This document shows positions 1-16,229 of a stretch of DNA of 64,000 nt, piece by piece; the stretch's first letter is position 1; every line of letters begins with the position of its first letter. A model generated the notes under the pieces. The model made no database searches, had not been told where the DNA came from, and saw only the letters and a program-made list of their open reading frames with translations. Location: assembly GCF_009914755.1 (NCBI RefSeq), contig NC_060935.1; one strand, 5' to 3'. The position numbers and the translations under genes were made by a program. The stretch comes from the human T2T-CHM13v2.0 reference genome, Homo sapiens.

Positions 1-1773
<1,773 letters not shown>

Positions 1774-2829
1774 TAACCACACCTAGCAACAAAGTAGGCT
1801 GAAAATTTAGTCTTTGGTGAGACAACCCTATTATAGCCCTATTACAATAAACAGGAAAATTTTTGCAGCAGTCTCTACCACATGTATCTTCACTGATGTT
1901 CATATCTGTAATTCCTATTAAAATTTCTTTTTTATTTCATGAATTATTGACAAGTGCATTCATTTCATTCCAAGGTTATTGGGGGGGTAGAGATTTAAAC
2001 TATTATTGACTCATAAGTTAATGACACTGTGTTAATTCTACTGTGTATAATATTCTCTGAAATTTTTGTAATATTATATAATCAATTGTCTTGAAAACTC
2101 CATAGATACTTGAAAAGACTATATATTCTCTGTTTGTTGGGTGTAGGAGTCCATAGTATCTATAGATCAAACTTGTTAATTGTATTGTTCAAATCTTTTA
2201 TATGCTTTCTAAATTTTATTCACTTGGTCTATCAGCCCACAATATGCCTGCTCACTTTTCATTGGCAAAATTTTGTCACATTGTCTAGGATAAAGTCAAT
2301 GGGGGCAGAGGAGTATACTGTAGCTGAATGTATTTCCTAGAGACCATTTTAATCCAATCAGAGGGTTTAACAAAAGATGTGATTGATATACTACTTTTAA
2401 TTACGTCTTTTCCCTAAGGATGTATCTTAATTTGGGGCTCTTTCAGCCTTCATGTATCGGGAATATTTCTCAACACATTTAATTGGTTGGACATGAGAAA
2501 TATTCATTCGTCATCCTTACAATCACAGATTTCCTGGATTCTGTTTTCCTTTTCATCCCAGCTTTCAATCAAATTTTTTTTCTGTATTTTATCAAATGCC
2601 ACTAATAACAACCAATTCAAGCTGGCAACATACTGTCTCCAAATCTCTTTGCACAAATCGCAAGTTCACTTGGTATATTTTCTGCTTTACCCGTTGTTTC
2701 ACCACTACAAAACATGTCCATGTTTACAGGTTCCTAGAATAGTTTTTTACCACCTGCATCTTGGTCACCACATATTTCGGGTTTTTATTACATGAACATC
2801 CAATTTCTAGATATCAATTTATGTATTAG

Positions 2830-3292
2830 TGTTATGGGTTGAATTGTTGTCCCCCCACTGAAAAAAATCTGTTGAAGGCTAAACATAAAGACCTCAGAAT
2901 ATGACCTTATTTGGAAACAGGGTGATTGCAGATGTAATGAGTTAAGATGATGTCATACCAGAGCAGGGTGGGTCCTTAATCCAATATGACTAGTGTTCTC
3001 ATAACAAAATGGCCACATGAGAACACAGACATACAGAGAGAATGCCATATGGCAACAAAGGCAGAGATTGGGAATTATGCAGCTGCAAGCCAAGAAACAC
3101 CAAAGATTTCTAACAAACCAGCAGAAGCTAAGAAGAGGCAAGGAAGGATTCCACCAGGTTTCAGGTGGAGACTGGCCCTCTAACACCTTGATTTCAGACC
3201 TCTGGTCTCTAGAACTGTGAGAATAAAATTCTGTTGTTTTAAACCATCCAGTTTGTGGTACTTTGTTACAGCAGCCCTAGAAAACAAATATA
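2830..3292 (+). mobile_element. MLT1B/C solo LTR (ERVL-MaLR), inside older MLT1-type LTR debris (~2640-3700)
   Basis: tgttatgggttgaattg start, gaccttatttggaaacaggg and aataaaattctgttgttttaaaccatccagtttgtggtactttgttacagcagccctagaaaac end motifs. Confidence 0.85.
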
Positions 3293-3846
3293 CTTAGTGA
3301 ACAAGTGTTACAGTAAAGCTGAATTTATTTAAAAAAAAAACAAACTCAATGGCTTAAAAAAATAAATGTTATCTTATTCTCACAGATCTGTGTGTTGGCT
3401 GTGACTCTGTTGGGCTCTACTGGACTTGGCTGGGCTCAGCTTCAGACTTGAGGTCATGTTCAGATGTTCTCCAAGTACCTTTTCATTCTGGGTTCCAGGC
3501 TGAATTAACAGCCTCACCTGGGACAAGGTGTTTTTATGACAGAGAGAAAAAGCACAAGAGTTCAAGACAAATCACACAAACATATTTAAAGCCTCTGCTC
3601 AGATGTGGCATTGGATACATCCCCATAAACTCTACTGGCAAAACAAAGACACACAGACTTGTGGCAAAGCTCTAAGTCAATGGCGAAGAGAAGCACTGGC
3701 CTTCAGGTAAGTGTGGGAAGGTGAGAAAGGTATAAATAACAACTAATATAATATGTTGTGTTTATTCTATTTATATTTACTGTGATTACTCATATGTGTT
3801 GCTATTTATATCATCTAATTTTGTGTCTTAGGTTTATCATCCTTTC

Positions 3847-4631
3847 GTAAGTTTTTTTATTTTCTTTGTTTTTTTTTTTTATTTCCATAGGTTTTTGGGG
3901 AACATGTGGTATTTGGTTACTTGAGTAAGTTCTTTAATGGTGATTTGTGAGATTCTGGTGTACCCATCATCTGAGGAGTATACACTGAACCCAATTTGTA
4001 GTCTTTTATCCCTGACTCACTCCCACCCTTTCCCCTGAGTCCCACAGCCCATTGTATAATTCTTATGCCTTTGCATCCTCATAGCTTAGCTCCCACTTAT
4101 GAATGAGAACATATGATGTTTGGTTTTCCATTCCTCAGTTACTTCACTTAGAATAATAGTCTCCAGTTCCATCCAGGTTGCTGTGAATGGGCATTTGGCT
4201 GGTTCCAGATTTTTGCAATTGCCAATCATGCTGCTATAAACATGCATGTGCAAGTATCTTTTTTGTATAATGACTTATTTTTCTCTGGGCAGATACCCAG
4301 TAGTGGGATTGCTGGACGAAATGGTAGTTCTACCTTTACTTCTTTAAGGAACCTCCACACTGTTTTCCATAGTAGTTGTACTAGTTTACATTCCCAGCAG
4401 CAGTGTATAAGTGTTCCCTTCTCACTGCATCCACACCAACATTTATTATTTTTTTATTTTTGATTATAGTCATTCTTGCAGAAGTAAGGTAGTATTGCAT
4501 TGTGGTTTTGATTTGCATTTGTGGATATTAGTCCTTTGTCAGATGTATAGATTGTGAGGCTTTTCACCCACTCTGTGAATTGTCTGTTTACTCTGCTCCC
4601 TGTTCCTTTTGCTGTGCAGAAGCTCTTTAGT
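3847..4631 (-). mobile_element. 5'-truncated L1PB1 with two internal deletions
   Basis: Poly-T followed by the antisense L1PB 3'UTR; TSD tttatcatcctttc (3833-3846) / tttatcctcctttc (4632-4645). Confidence 0.85.
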
Positions 4632-4870
4632 TTTATCCTCCTTTCCTATCTTCTTGAGACTGATATGATTTCTATGCCCCTCCCCCTTTCCCTCTCTGCT
4701 AATTTGAATGCTATAGATAGTATGTCCATTTATTTAATGGTTACCCTTAATGTTGTTTAATATACTTGACTATAAATATTACAAAAATATCTAAAGGTAT
4801 TCAGTATATATATCCCCCTCCTTAAATAGCATGATCCTTGTCATGCTTTACCCAATAAAAGGCAACTTCT

Positions 4871-7800
4871 GGAGAAGCGGGAAAGATGGCATATAGGAGA
4901 CAGGGCTAACGTGCAGCTCCCACATGGACAAACAAAACAGTGTGTGGAGACTCACACCCTGATCTTTTGCTCCAAGAACCACAGAAGAAATGTACTAGAA
5001 AAACCAAAAGAATTCACAGACTCTTTGAAAGAAGTGACATGCTGCTGTAAGTTCCATGAAACAGGTGGAAAACTGTGAGTTCCCAAAGTGTGAGACAGGG
5101 GACCTACCTCTGAACCCACATCCCCACTGGGGACTCTTAAAATTCAAATCACAGGAGAAGGACTTAACCTTATCTAGAGATAAAATGGATTCAGGAAGTC
5201 ATGAAAAATATAAAAATAGAAGTAGCAGCAGGAAGTGCCTTGCATGCACTCCCAATCCCCAGCTTGAGCCCAGGGAAGCCATCCCTGACTATATCTTACA
5301 GGGACCCTTGGGGAAGGCAGCCAGTGGAATTGTGGGGGAGGGGCTCACAGGGTGAAGGAAGTTTCCAACTGAAATTGGTAGTAGGTTCAACTGGGCACAA
5401 ATTTTCTTGAGCAGAGTCTGAGGGACGAGTGGGAGTGGCTGTGGATATGAGTGAGTGCAGGAGTGTAGGAGCTGCTGCAGACAGAGTAGGCAGACTGGAA
5501 AGGGTGAGGTCTGAAAGCCAGGTTGTTTCTTAGCAGGGTAGCTCATGGCCTGGGGTAAGGTTTCAGCATGGCACCATGGAGCAAGACTAGCCTTTCCAAC
5601 TATGTGGGAGCTAGCTGAGGCCACTTGCTACCACTATCCCCCACTTGCCTGGACACAGCAAAGGCAGCCATAATTCCCTCTAGAACATAACCCCATTTAC
5701 CAGAGAATCACCCCCCAACCCTCACAGTGGCCATGGCAGGCCCCACCCAAGGAGAGTCTGAGCCCAGACCCACCTAATCCTGCCCCCACCTGATGGTATT
5801 TCCCTACCCACCCTGGTAGCCAAACACAAAACAGAAACTCCTGGGAGCCCATCACCTGAGAAACCAAAATACTTACCCTGGACATGTTAGGGCAAGCTTA
5901 GAGCCCCCTACCACTACAGCAGCTAGTGTTCTCTTGAAACTGCCACCTTCTGGCTGGAGGCCAACCAGCTCAGGCCATTACAACAACTCATTACAGAATA
6001 ACCCTGATCCCAGGAAGAAGATAATACCAATTCCACTGCCTATAACATCCTGAAATAGTCTACCCAAATGAGAAGGAACTAGAAAAGTACTTCTGGTAAT
6101 ATGACAAAATAGGGTTCTATACCACCCCCAAAAGATCCCCAGCAATAAATCCAAACCAAGAAGAAATCTCTGAATTGCCAAATAAAGAATTCAGAAGGTT
6201 GATTACTAAGCTACTCAAGGAGATACCAAAGAAAGGTGAAAACAAACTTAAAAATTATATTTAAAAAATACAGAATATGGATGAAAAATTCTCCAGAGAA
6301 ATAGATATCAAAAAGAAAAAATAATCACAACTTCTGGAAATGAAAGACACACTTAGAGAAATACAAAATGCCTGGAAAGTTTCAACAATAGACTAGAACA
6401 AGTAGAAGAAAGAACTTCAGAGCTCAAAGACAAGACTTTTGAATTAACCCAATCAGACGGAGACAAAGAAAAAAGAAGGAAAAAAAAAGAACAAAGCCTC
6501 CAAAATATTTGGGATTATCTTAAATGACCAAACCTAAGAATAATTGGTATTCCTGGAGAAGAAAATAAATCTAGAAGTTTGGAAAACTTATTTGAGGGAA
6601 TAATTGAGGAAAACTTCCCTGGCCCTGCTAGCAATCTAGACATCCAAACACAAAAAGCTCAAAGAACACCTGGGAAATTCATTGCAGAAAGATCATCACC
6701 TAGGCATATATTCATCAGACTATCTAAAGTCAAGACAGACAAAACGATCTTAAGAGCTGTCAGACAAAAGCATCAGGTGGACTACAGAGGAAAACCTATC
6801 AGATTAACAGAAGACTTCTCAGCAGAAACCTTACAAAGCCAGAAAGAATTGAGGTCCCACATTTAGCCTCCTGAGACAAAATAATTGTCAACCAAGAATT
6901 TTGTATCCAGCAAAACTAAGCTTCATGAATGAAGATGAGATAAAGCCTTCTTCAGACAAACAAATGCTGAGAGAATTTGCCACTACTAAGCCAGCACTAC
7001 AAGAAATCCCAAAAGGAGTTCTAAATCTTGAAGAAAAAGAACCTCAAAATACACCAAAACAGAACTTCCTTAAAGCATAAATTTCACAGGATCTAAAAAG
7101 CAATAACACAACAGAAAAAAAAAAGGTTTTAAGGCAACAATTAACGTGATGAATAGAACAGTACATAACATCTCAATACTAATGTTGAAGGTAAATGGCC
7201 TAAATGTTCCACTTAAAAGGTATGGAATAGCAAATAGCAGAATGGATAAAAATCCACCAATCAAGTACCTGCTGTCTTCAAGAGACTCACCCAACACATA
7301 AGGACTCACATAACCGAAAGGTAAAGGGGTAAAAAAGGATATTCCATGCAAATGAAAACCAAAAGTGAGCAAGAGTAGCTACTTTTATACCAGACAAAAT
7401 AGGCTTTAAAGCAACAACAGTATAAAAAGACAAAGAGGGACATTATATAATGATAAAAAATAGTCCAACAGGAAAATATCACAAGCCTAAATACATATGC
7501 ACCTAACACTAGAGCTCCCAAATTTATAAAACAATTACTACTAAACCTAAGAAATGAGACAGACAGCAACACACTAATAGTGGGGGACTTCAATACTCCA
7601 CTGACAGCAGTAGACCGGTCATCAACACAGAAAATCAACAAATAATGGACTTAAACTATATCCTAGAACAAATGGACTTCATAGATATTTACAGAACATT
7701 CAATCCAACAACTTCAGGATACACATTCTTTTCTTCAGCACATGAACATTCTCCAAGATAGACCAAATGACAGGTCACAAAAGTCTCAGTAAATTTAAGA

Positions 7801-10800
7801 AAATCAAAATTATATCAACTATCATCTCAGATCACAGTGGAATAAAACTGGAAATTAACTCCAAAAGGAACCCTCAAAACCACCCAAACACATGGATATT
7901 AAATAATCTGCTCTTGAATAATCTTTGGGCCAACAATGAAATCAAAATACCAATTTAAAAATTCTTTGAGCTGAATGGTAATAGTGACATAACATAAAAA
8001 AGCCTCTGGTATACAGCAAAAGCAGTGCTAAGAGAAAAGTTCATAGTATTAAATGCCTACATCAAAAAGTCTGAAAGAGCACAAGTAGATAATCTAAGGC
8101 CACACCTCAAGGAACTAGAGAAACAAGGACAAACCAAACCCCAACCCAGAAGAAAAGAAATAACCAAGATCAGAGCAGAACTAAATGAAATTGAAACAGA
8201 AAAAAAAATACAAAAGATAAATGAAACAAAAAGCCGGTTCTTTGAAAAGATAAATAAAATTGATAGACCATTAGCAAGATTAACCAAGAAAAGAAGAGAG
8301 AAGATCCAAATTAGCTCAATTAGAAATGAAACAAGAGATATTACAACCAATATCAAAGAAATGCAAAAGATCATTCAAGGCTACTATGAACACCTTATGC
8401 ATACAAACCAGAAAATTTAGAAGAGATGGATAAATTCCTGGAAATATACAACCCTCCTAGATTAAATCATGAAGAAATAGAAACTGAACAAACCAATAAC
8501 AGCGAGATTAAAAGAGTAATTTTTAAAACTGCCTACAAAAAGAAAGTCCAGGACCAAATGAATTCACAGATAAATTCTATCAGACTTTCAAAGAAAAATC
8601 AGTACCAACCTTACCGAAACTATTCCCAAAAAAATACAGAAAGAGGGGATCTTCCCTAAAGATCATTCTATGAAGCCATTATCACCCTAATTCCAAAACC
8701 AGGAAAAAACAAAACAAAAAAAGAAAGCTACAGACTGATATCCTTGATGAACATAGATGCAAAAATCCTCAACAAAATATTAGCTAACTGAATCCAACAG
8801 CATATCAAAAAGATAATACACCATGATCAACTGGGTTTGATAACAGGAATGTAGAGATGTTTTGACAGATGCAAGTCAATAAATGTGATATACCACATAA
8901 GCAGAACTAAAACAAAAATCATGTGATCATCTCAATAGATGTAGAAAAAGCATTTGACAAAATCCAGCATCCCTTTATGATTACAACCCTCAGCAAAATT
9001 GGCATAGAAGGGACTTACCTCAAAGTAATAAAAGCCATCTATTCCAAACCCACAGCCAACATTATACTGAACAGGGAAAAATTGAAAGCATTCCCCCTGA
9101 GAACTGGAACAAGACAAGGATGCCCACTCTCACCACTTCGATTCAACATAGTACTGGAAGTCCTAGCCAGAGCAATCAGACAAGAGAAAGAAATAAAGGG
9201 CATCCAAATTGGTAAAGAGGAAGTCACACTGTCGCTGTTCACAGATTATATGATCATATACCTAGAAAATCCCAAAGACTCATCCAGAAAGCTCATAGAT
9301 CTGATAAGTAAAGCTTCAGAATACAAAATTTATGTACACAAATCATTAGCACTGCTATATACCAACAATTACTAAGCTGAGAAACAAATCAAGAATTCAA
9401 TCCCTTTTACAACAGCTGCAAAAAAATATATGCCTAAAAATATACCTAACCAAGGAGGTGAAAGATCTCTACAAGAAAACTACAAAACACTGCTGAAAGA
9501 AATTATCAATGACATAAACAATGGAAACACATTCCATGCTCACGGATGGATAGAATCAATACTGTGAAAATGACCATACAGCCAAAAGCAAGCTACAGAT
9601 TCAATGCAATTAGCATCAAAGTACCATCATTATTCTTCACAGAACTAGGAAAAACACTCTTAAAATTCATGTAGAACCTAAAAAGACCTTGCATAGCCAA
9701 AGTAATACTAAGCAAAAAGAACAAATATGGAAGTATCACTTTAACTGACTTCAAACTATACTACAAGGCTACAGTTACTAAAACAGCATGGTACTGGTAT
9801 AAAAATAGGTACATAGACCAATGAAACAAAATAGAGAACCCAGAAATAAAGCCAAGTACTTAACAGACAACTGATCTTTGACAAAGCAAACAAAAACATA
9901 AAGTGAGCAAAGGACACCTTATTTAACAAATAGTGCTGGGATAATTGGTAAGCCACATGTAGAGGAATGAAACTGGATCCTCATCACTCACCTTACACAA
10001 AAATCAACCCCAGGTGGATCAAAGACTCAAATCTAAGACCTGAAACCCTAAAAATTCTAGAAGATAACATTGGTAAAACTCTTCTAGACATTGACTTATG
10101 CAAAGAGTTCATGACCAAGAACCCAAAAGCAAATGCAACAAAAACAAAAATAAATAGATGGGACCTAATTAAACTAAAAAGCTTCACTGCAGCAAAAGAA
10201 ATAACCAGCAGAGTCAATAGACAACCCACAGAATAGGAGAAGATATTCACAAACTATGCATCCAACAAAGGACTGATATCCAGAATCTACAAAGAACTCA
10301 AACAAATCAGCAAGAAAGAAACAAATAACCACATCAAAAACTGGGCTAAGGATGTGAATAGACAATTCTCAAAAGAAGATACACAAATGGCCAAAAAACA
10401 TATGAAAAAAATGCTCAATATCACTAATTATCAGGGAAATACAAATTAAAACCTCAATGAGCTACCACCTTACTCCTGCAAGAATGACCATAATTTTAAA
10501 AACTCAAAAAATAATAGATGTTGGCATGGATGCAGTGAAAAGGGAACACTTACACACTGCTGGTGGGAATGTAAACTAGTACAACCACTATGGAAAACAG
10601 TATGGAGATTCCTTAAAGAACTAAAAGTAGATCTACTATTTGATCCAGCAATCCCACTATTGGGTATCTACCCAGAGGAAAAGAAGTCATTATATGAAAA
10701 AGACACTTGCGAGCACATTTATAGCAGCATAATTTGCTATTGTAAAAATATGAAACCAGCCCAAACACCCATCAGCCAACAAGTAGATAAAGAAAATGCA

Positions 10801-11180
10801 AATGTGGTAAATATACACCATGGAATAACGACTTAGCCAAAAAAGGAATGAAATGATGGCATTCACAGCAAACTGGACTGAGTTGGAGACCATTATTCTA
10901 AATAAAGTAACTCAGGAATGGAAAACCAAACATCGTATGTTTTCACTCATAAGTGGGAAATAAGCTATGAGGATACAAAGGCATAAGAATTATACAATGG
11001 ACTTTGGGGACTAGGGGAAGCGGGTAGGAGGGTGAGGGATGATAAAGCACTACACATTAGGTACAGTGTACACTGCTTGGGTGATGGGTGCACCAAAATC
11101 TCAGAAATTACCAGTAAGTAACTTATCCATGTAACAAAAAGGCATGTTCCCCAAAAATTATTGAAATAAAAAATAAAATG
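4871..11180 (+). mobile_element. Full-length decayed L1PB1 (5'UTR, ORF1 and ORF2 remnants, 3'UTR, A-tail)
   Basis: ORF1 piece ENLFEGIIEENFP; ORF2 pieces such as [26 protein letters not shown]; L1PB 3'UTR; TSD aaaggcaacttct (4858-4870) / aaatgcaacttct (11181-11193). Confidence 0.93.
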
Positions 11181-11220
11181 AAATGCAACTTCTTCAACTT
11201 GCTATTGCTGTCTAAAGTTT

Positions 11221-11254
11221 TACATTTGATCTTAGCCAAAAGACCAAGAAGAAT
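11221..11254 (-). pseudogene. 3'-truncated (tailless) U2 snRNA retropseudogene, first ~34 nt
   Basis: Minus strand ATTCTTCTTGGTCTTTTGGCTAAGATCAAATGTA versus the U2 5' end ATCGCTTCTCGGCCTTTTGGCTAAGATCAAGTGTA. Confidence 0.85.
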
Positions 11255-11559
11255 GCAGAGTTTTAGAGCTTTATATTTTAACATAATATAATATTTAATA
11301 TTACATAAAATATTTATATAAAAACACAAAATATGAATTTAACACAAAATAATCTGATTTTAAGTCAAAATTTATTAAATTTACCACTATATTTTATTAA
11401 TGTTTGTTCTAACCATTTTCTTTTGTATTTCACACCTTCACTCTGAGTTCATCTTTCTTCTTGCTAGAGTATATTACTTTTTAAATAGTTTTAGAGTCTA
11501 TAGATAATAAGTGATTTTGAGTTTGTATGTCTCAAAAGTGCTACATATTGTCATCTCTC

Positions 11560-11983
11560 TTTTTTTATTTAGAGACAGGCTCTCACTGTATCACCCAGGC
11601 TGAAGTGCAATGGAGTCATCTTGGCTCAACATATCACTGTAGGCTTGACCTTTCAGTCTCAAGCAATCTTCCCACCTGAGCCTCCCAAGTAGCTAGGACT
11701 ACAGGCACATACCGCCATGCTTGGCTAATTTTGTGTGTGTGTGTTTGTGGTGACAAGGACTCACTTGTTGCCCAGGCTGGTCTCAAACTCCTGGGCTCAA
11801 CCAATACTTCTCCCTTGACCTCCCAAAGTGCTGGAAGCCACCATGACTAGCTTTGTTTTTAAAAGAGAGACAGAGTTTTGCTATGTTGCCCAGGCTGGGT
11901 TCAAACTCCTGGCCTCAAGCACTCTTCCCATCTCAACCTCCCAAATCACTGGGATTATAGACATGAGCCACTGCACTCAGCCC
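11560..11983 (-). mobile_element. AluJ (11560-11850) followed by a left-arm monomer (FLAM-like, 11855-11983)
   Basis: Antisense Alu motifs with a third arm. Confidence 0.8.
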
Positions 11984-12236
11984 TGTCATCACTCTTGACT
12001 GATGGCATAAAACTAAGAATAAAATTCTAGGCTGATATATATCCATAATAATTAAAAATTAATTTAAGAAATTTTAGGCTAATACTTGTATCCTTCAGCA
12101 TTTAAAAGTTACTGTTTCATTGTCTTCTAGCATCTATTATCATTGCTAAGAAGCCTTCTGCTAGTCCAAAATTAATCATATTATGTTCACCTCATTACTT
12201 CATTACTCATATTCTTCAGTTTTACTATGATGAACC

Positions 12237-12799
12237 TGTTGAGGGACAGTTACTATGAGACAAATATTTGATCACCAGACCCTGCTGAAGGGGCCTTATT
12301 CATATCTGTCCAAATCACTGTTCCCCTTTTCTAATAATAAACCATCTCCCTACACAGGAATGATAACCACAAAGAGGTGCTCCTTAAGTAAAGGTAAAAG
12401 GTTGTAACCTCTGGGGATGGGCAGGAAGAGCAGAGGTGGTCGGAGAAGGAAAGGAATTTTCTATAGAATATAGGAATTGAGTGAAGGGAGAATTCACCCA
12501 AAACCTCATGGGGACTTGTCTATTTCTTCCAGGCACATTGACGCTGGGATTCTAGGATGCAGATGGTAGGGATTAGATACAACTTCCTGAGCTGGCAGTG
12601 AAAGGACTGACGTTTGGTTCCCTATAACTTGGGGAGGGGCTGGTAAAGGTAAGACACAAGAGAACTAAGTGCCCATACTTGATCCCAGCTAAATCAATCT
12701 TCCTAGCATTCCACCCAGAAAGGATTTTGACAACTTTATTAAATGAAACTGGGAAGTGAAGATTAGGCTCAGTGGAGCCAGATTGGAATCCAGACAACA
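12237..12799 (+). mobile_element. Ancient LTR-like element (family not determined) interrupting an old antisense L1ME
   Basis: Termini TGTTG...CAACA are inverted repeats; ATTAAA at ~12738; followed by PBS-like TGGC; L1M-like sequence on both sides. Confidence 0.45.
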
Positions 12800-13171
12800 T
12801 GGCTTAAGGAAAAAGAGGAAACACGAAAGGTGACATAAAGGGCAAAAGAATGAAATGGAGCCTGAAGACATTTACAGGCAAGATTAACAAAAATTGAGCC
12901 TGAGTTCTGCAATTCACAGTCCTAAAACTATTTTTTATTTATCCTGCTCAGTACTCAAAGTATACTTTTGATATGGAATAAATCTTTTCTCAATTCTGGA
13001 AAATTTTTAGCTATCTTTGTTTAGAATATTGCTTTTTCAAAATTTTCTTCATTCTCTTGTTCTGAAACTCGTACTAGAAATATGTTAGCATTGCTGATCT
13101 TTCTTACATGCCCCTTCACTGGCTCTGTCATGTTTTTTATCTCTAGGTTTTAGATGAAATCAATAGTACTA

Positions 13172-13384
<213 letters not shown>

Positions 13385-13480
13385 CTATTACTTTTTTGTA
13401 TTTTTCCAGAATTCTGAAATGCCATATTGGCATCCAGGAAAATATATTACTCACCTGTGACACAAAGAAAGAAGTCTTGC

Positions 13481-13768
13481 TTTTTTTTTTGAGAAGGAGT
13501 CTTGCTATGTCACCAGGCTGGAATACAGTGACGCCATCTCAGTTCACTGCAACCTCCGACTCCCTGGTTCAGCAATTCTCCTGCCTCAGCCTTCAGAGTA
13601 GCTGGGATTACAGGCACATGCCACCACGCCCAATTAATGTTTGTATTTTTAGTAGAGACAGGGTTTCACCATGTTGGCCAGGATGGTCTCAATCTCCTGA
13701 CCTCATGATCCGCCCACCTCGGCCTCCCAAAGTGCTGGGATTACAGGCATGAGCCACCGTGCCAGGCC
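13481..13768 (-). mobile_element. AluSc-like
   Basis: Antisense dimer with gtcaccaggctgg and ggatggtctcaatctcctgacctcatga diagnostics. Confidence 0.85.
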
Positions 13769-15819
13769 ACATTTTAAAATTAGTACATGACGTACCAGGA
13801 GAGTCTTTATGGTCCATGAATACATAGTGGACCACGCTCACAGAAACAGTATTTTAGCTTAACTCCTTGGTTAAGCTAACTCCTTGGTTAAGCTAAAACT
13901 CATCTTAAACAATTTTTCAGATTTTAGACTTTTAATTTAGAGAGTTTCACATACTATAATGTTCATGGCATATATATAATCTCAAAATTTTCCACTAATT
14001 CATACTTTTTATACTTACAGTTTAGAAGAGTCTAAATAAAATTTTACTTTAAAAGCCAATGACCATAAATTGCTTTTGTTAGTATATATTTTGTACTATA
14101 TATCTGTTTTCTGGCACTTCTTAAATAAAAAATTTACTATGTATTGTTACAAAACTATGAAAGAAAAAATAATCTATTACATTGTTTTTAAATTAGTAGA
14201 TTTTTTTAAATAAATGTTTTAGGTTTACAGAAAATTGGTCAGACGAGAAAGAAAGTTCTCATATATCTCACTATCCCGGCTCACAGTTTCCCCTATTATT
14301 AACATCTTGCATTAATGTGTATGTTTGTTACAACTGATGAACCAATATTGACATATTATTATAAACCAAAGTCCATAGTTTACATTAGAGTTTACTGTAT
14401 GTTCTACATTTCTATGTGTTTTCACACTGCTTAATGTCATGTATCCACCATTACAGTATCATACAGAATCACTTCACTGCCCTAAAAATCCTCTGAGCTT
14501 TGCCTATTCATTTCTCCATCCCTCCTAACCCCTAGCAACCACTGATCATTTTACTGTCTCCATAGTTTTGCTTTTTCCAAAATGCCATATGTTGGAATCA
14601 TAAAGTCTTTGCAGAATGGCTTCTTTCACTCAGTAATATGCATTTAAGTTTCCTCCATATATTTTTATGGCTTGATAGCTCATTTATTTTTAACACAATA
14701 ATATTCCATTATCTGGATGTGCCACAGTTTATCCATTTACCTGCTGCAGGATATCTTGATTTCTTCCAAGTTTCAGCAATTATGAATAAAGCTGTTATTC
14801 ATGTGCATGTGTTTATATGAACATAAATCTTCAACTCATTTGGGTACATAACCAGGGATGCAATTGCTAGATCATATTGTAAGAGTATGTTTAGTTTTGT
14901 AAGAAACTGCCAAACTGTTTTCCAAACTGGCTGTACCATTTTGCATTCCAATGAACAATGAATGAGAGTTCCTGTTGTGACACATCTTCACCAGCATCTG
15001 GCATTGTCAAGGTTTTGTGTTGCTGTTTGTTGAGGTGGCTTGTTTTTTACTTTTTTGTTTTTTAGCCATCCTAATAAGTGTATAGTGGTATCTCACTGTG
15101 GTTTTAATTTGCACTCCCTAGTGACATATGATGTTGAGCATCTATTCATGTTTCTTTGCCATTTCTTCTTTAGTGAGATGTCTATTCAGATCTTTTGCCC
15201 ATTTTTTAATTGGGCTGTTTGTTTTCTTACTGCTGTATTCTAAGAGTTCCTTATATGAAGGTTCTGCAACATGCTATTTTTACTCAGTATAATGTTTCTA
15301 AGAGTCATCCATGTTATAGCACATAATTGGAGTTTATTCATTTTCTCTGCTATACTATATTCCATTATTTCCCTGATGGATTGTTTCCAGTTTTTGTTAA
15401 TATAAATACATATGAACATCTCATAAAAATCGCTTTGTGTATCAAAAAGTATTAAAGATAATGCCGAACATTTTTCCAATGTGGCTATACAATGTACTTT
15501 CTCATCAGCAATATAGAAGATTTCCCATTTGTTCTCATCCTCTGCAATGCTTTATATGGTCAGAGTTGTTCACTTTTGGCAATCTAGTGGGTATAAAGAT
15601 CTAACTGTGGTTCTACCTGGTATTTCCGTGATTACCAGTGAGACAGAGCATCTCTTCTTATGGTTATATGCCACACATATTTTCTCTTTTGTGAAACACC
15701 AGTTCATATCTTTTGCGTATTTTTCAATTGTGTGGTCATCTATCTTATAGATTTATATATCATTGAATATGTTCTATACTAATCCTTTGTTGGTGATATG
15801 TATTAAAATATGTTCTCCT

Positions 15820-16229
<410 letters not shown>

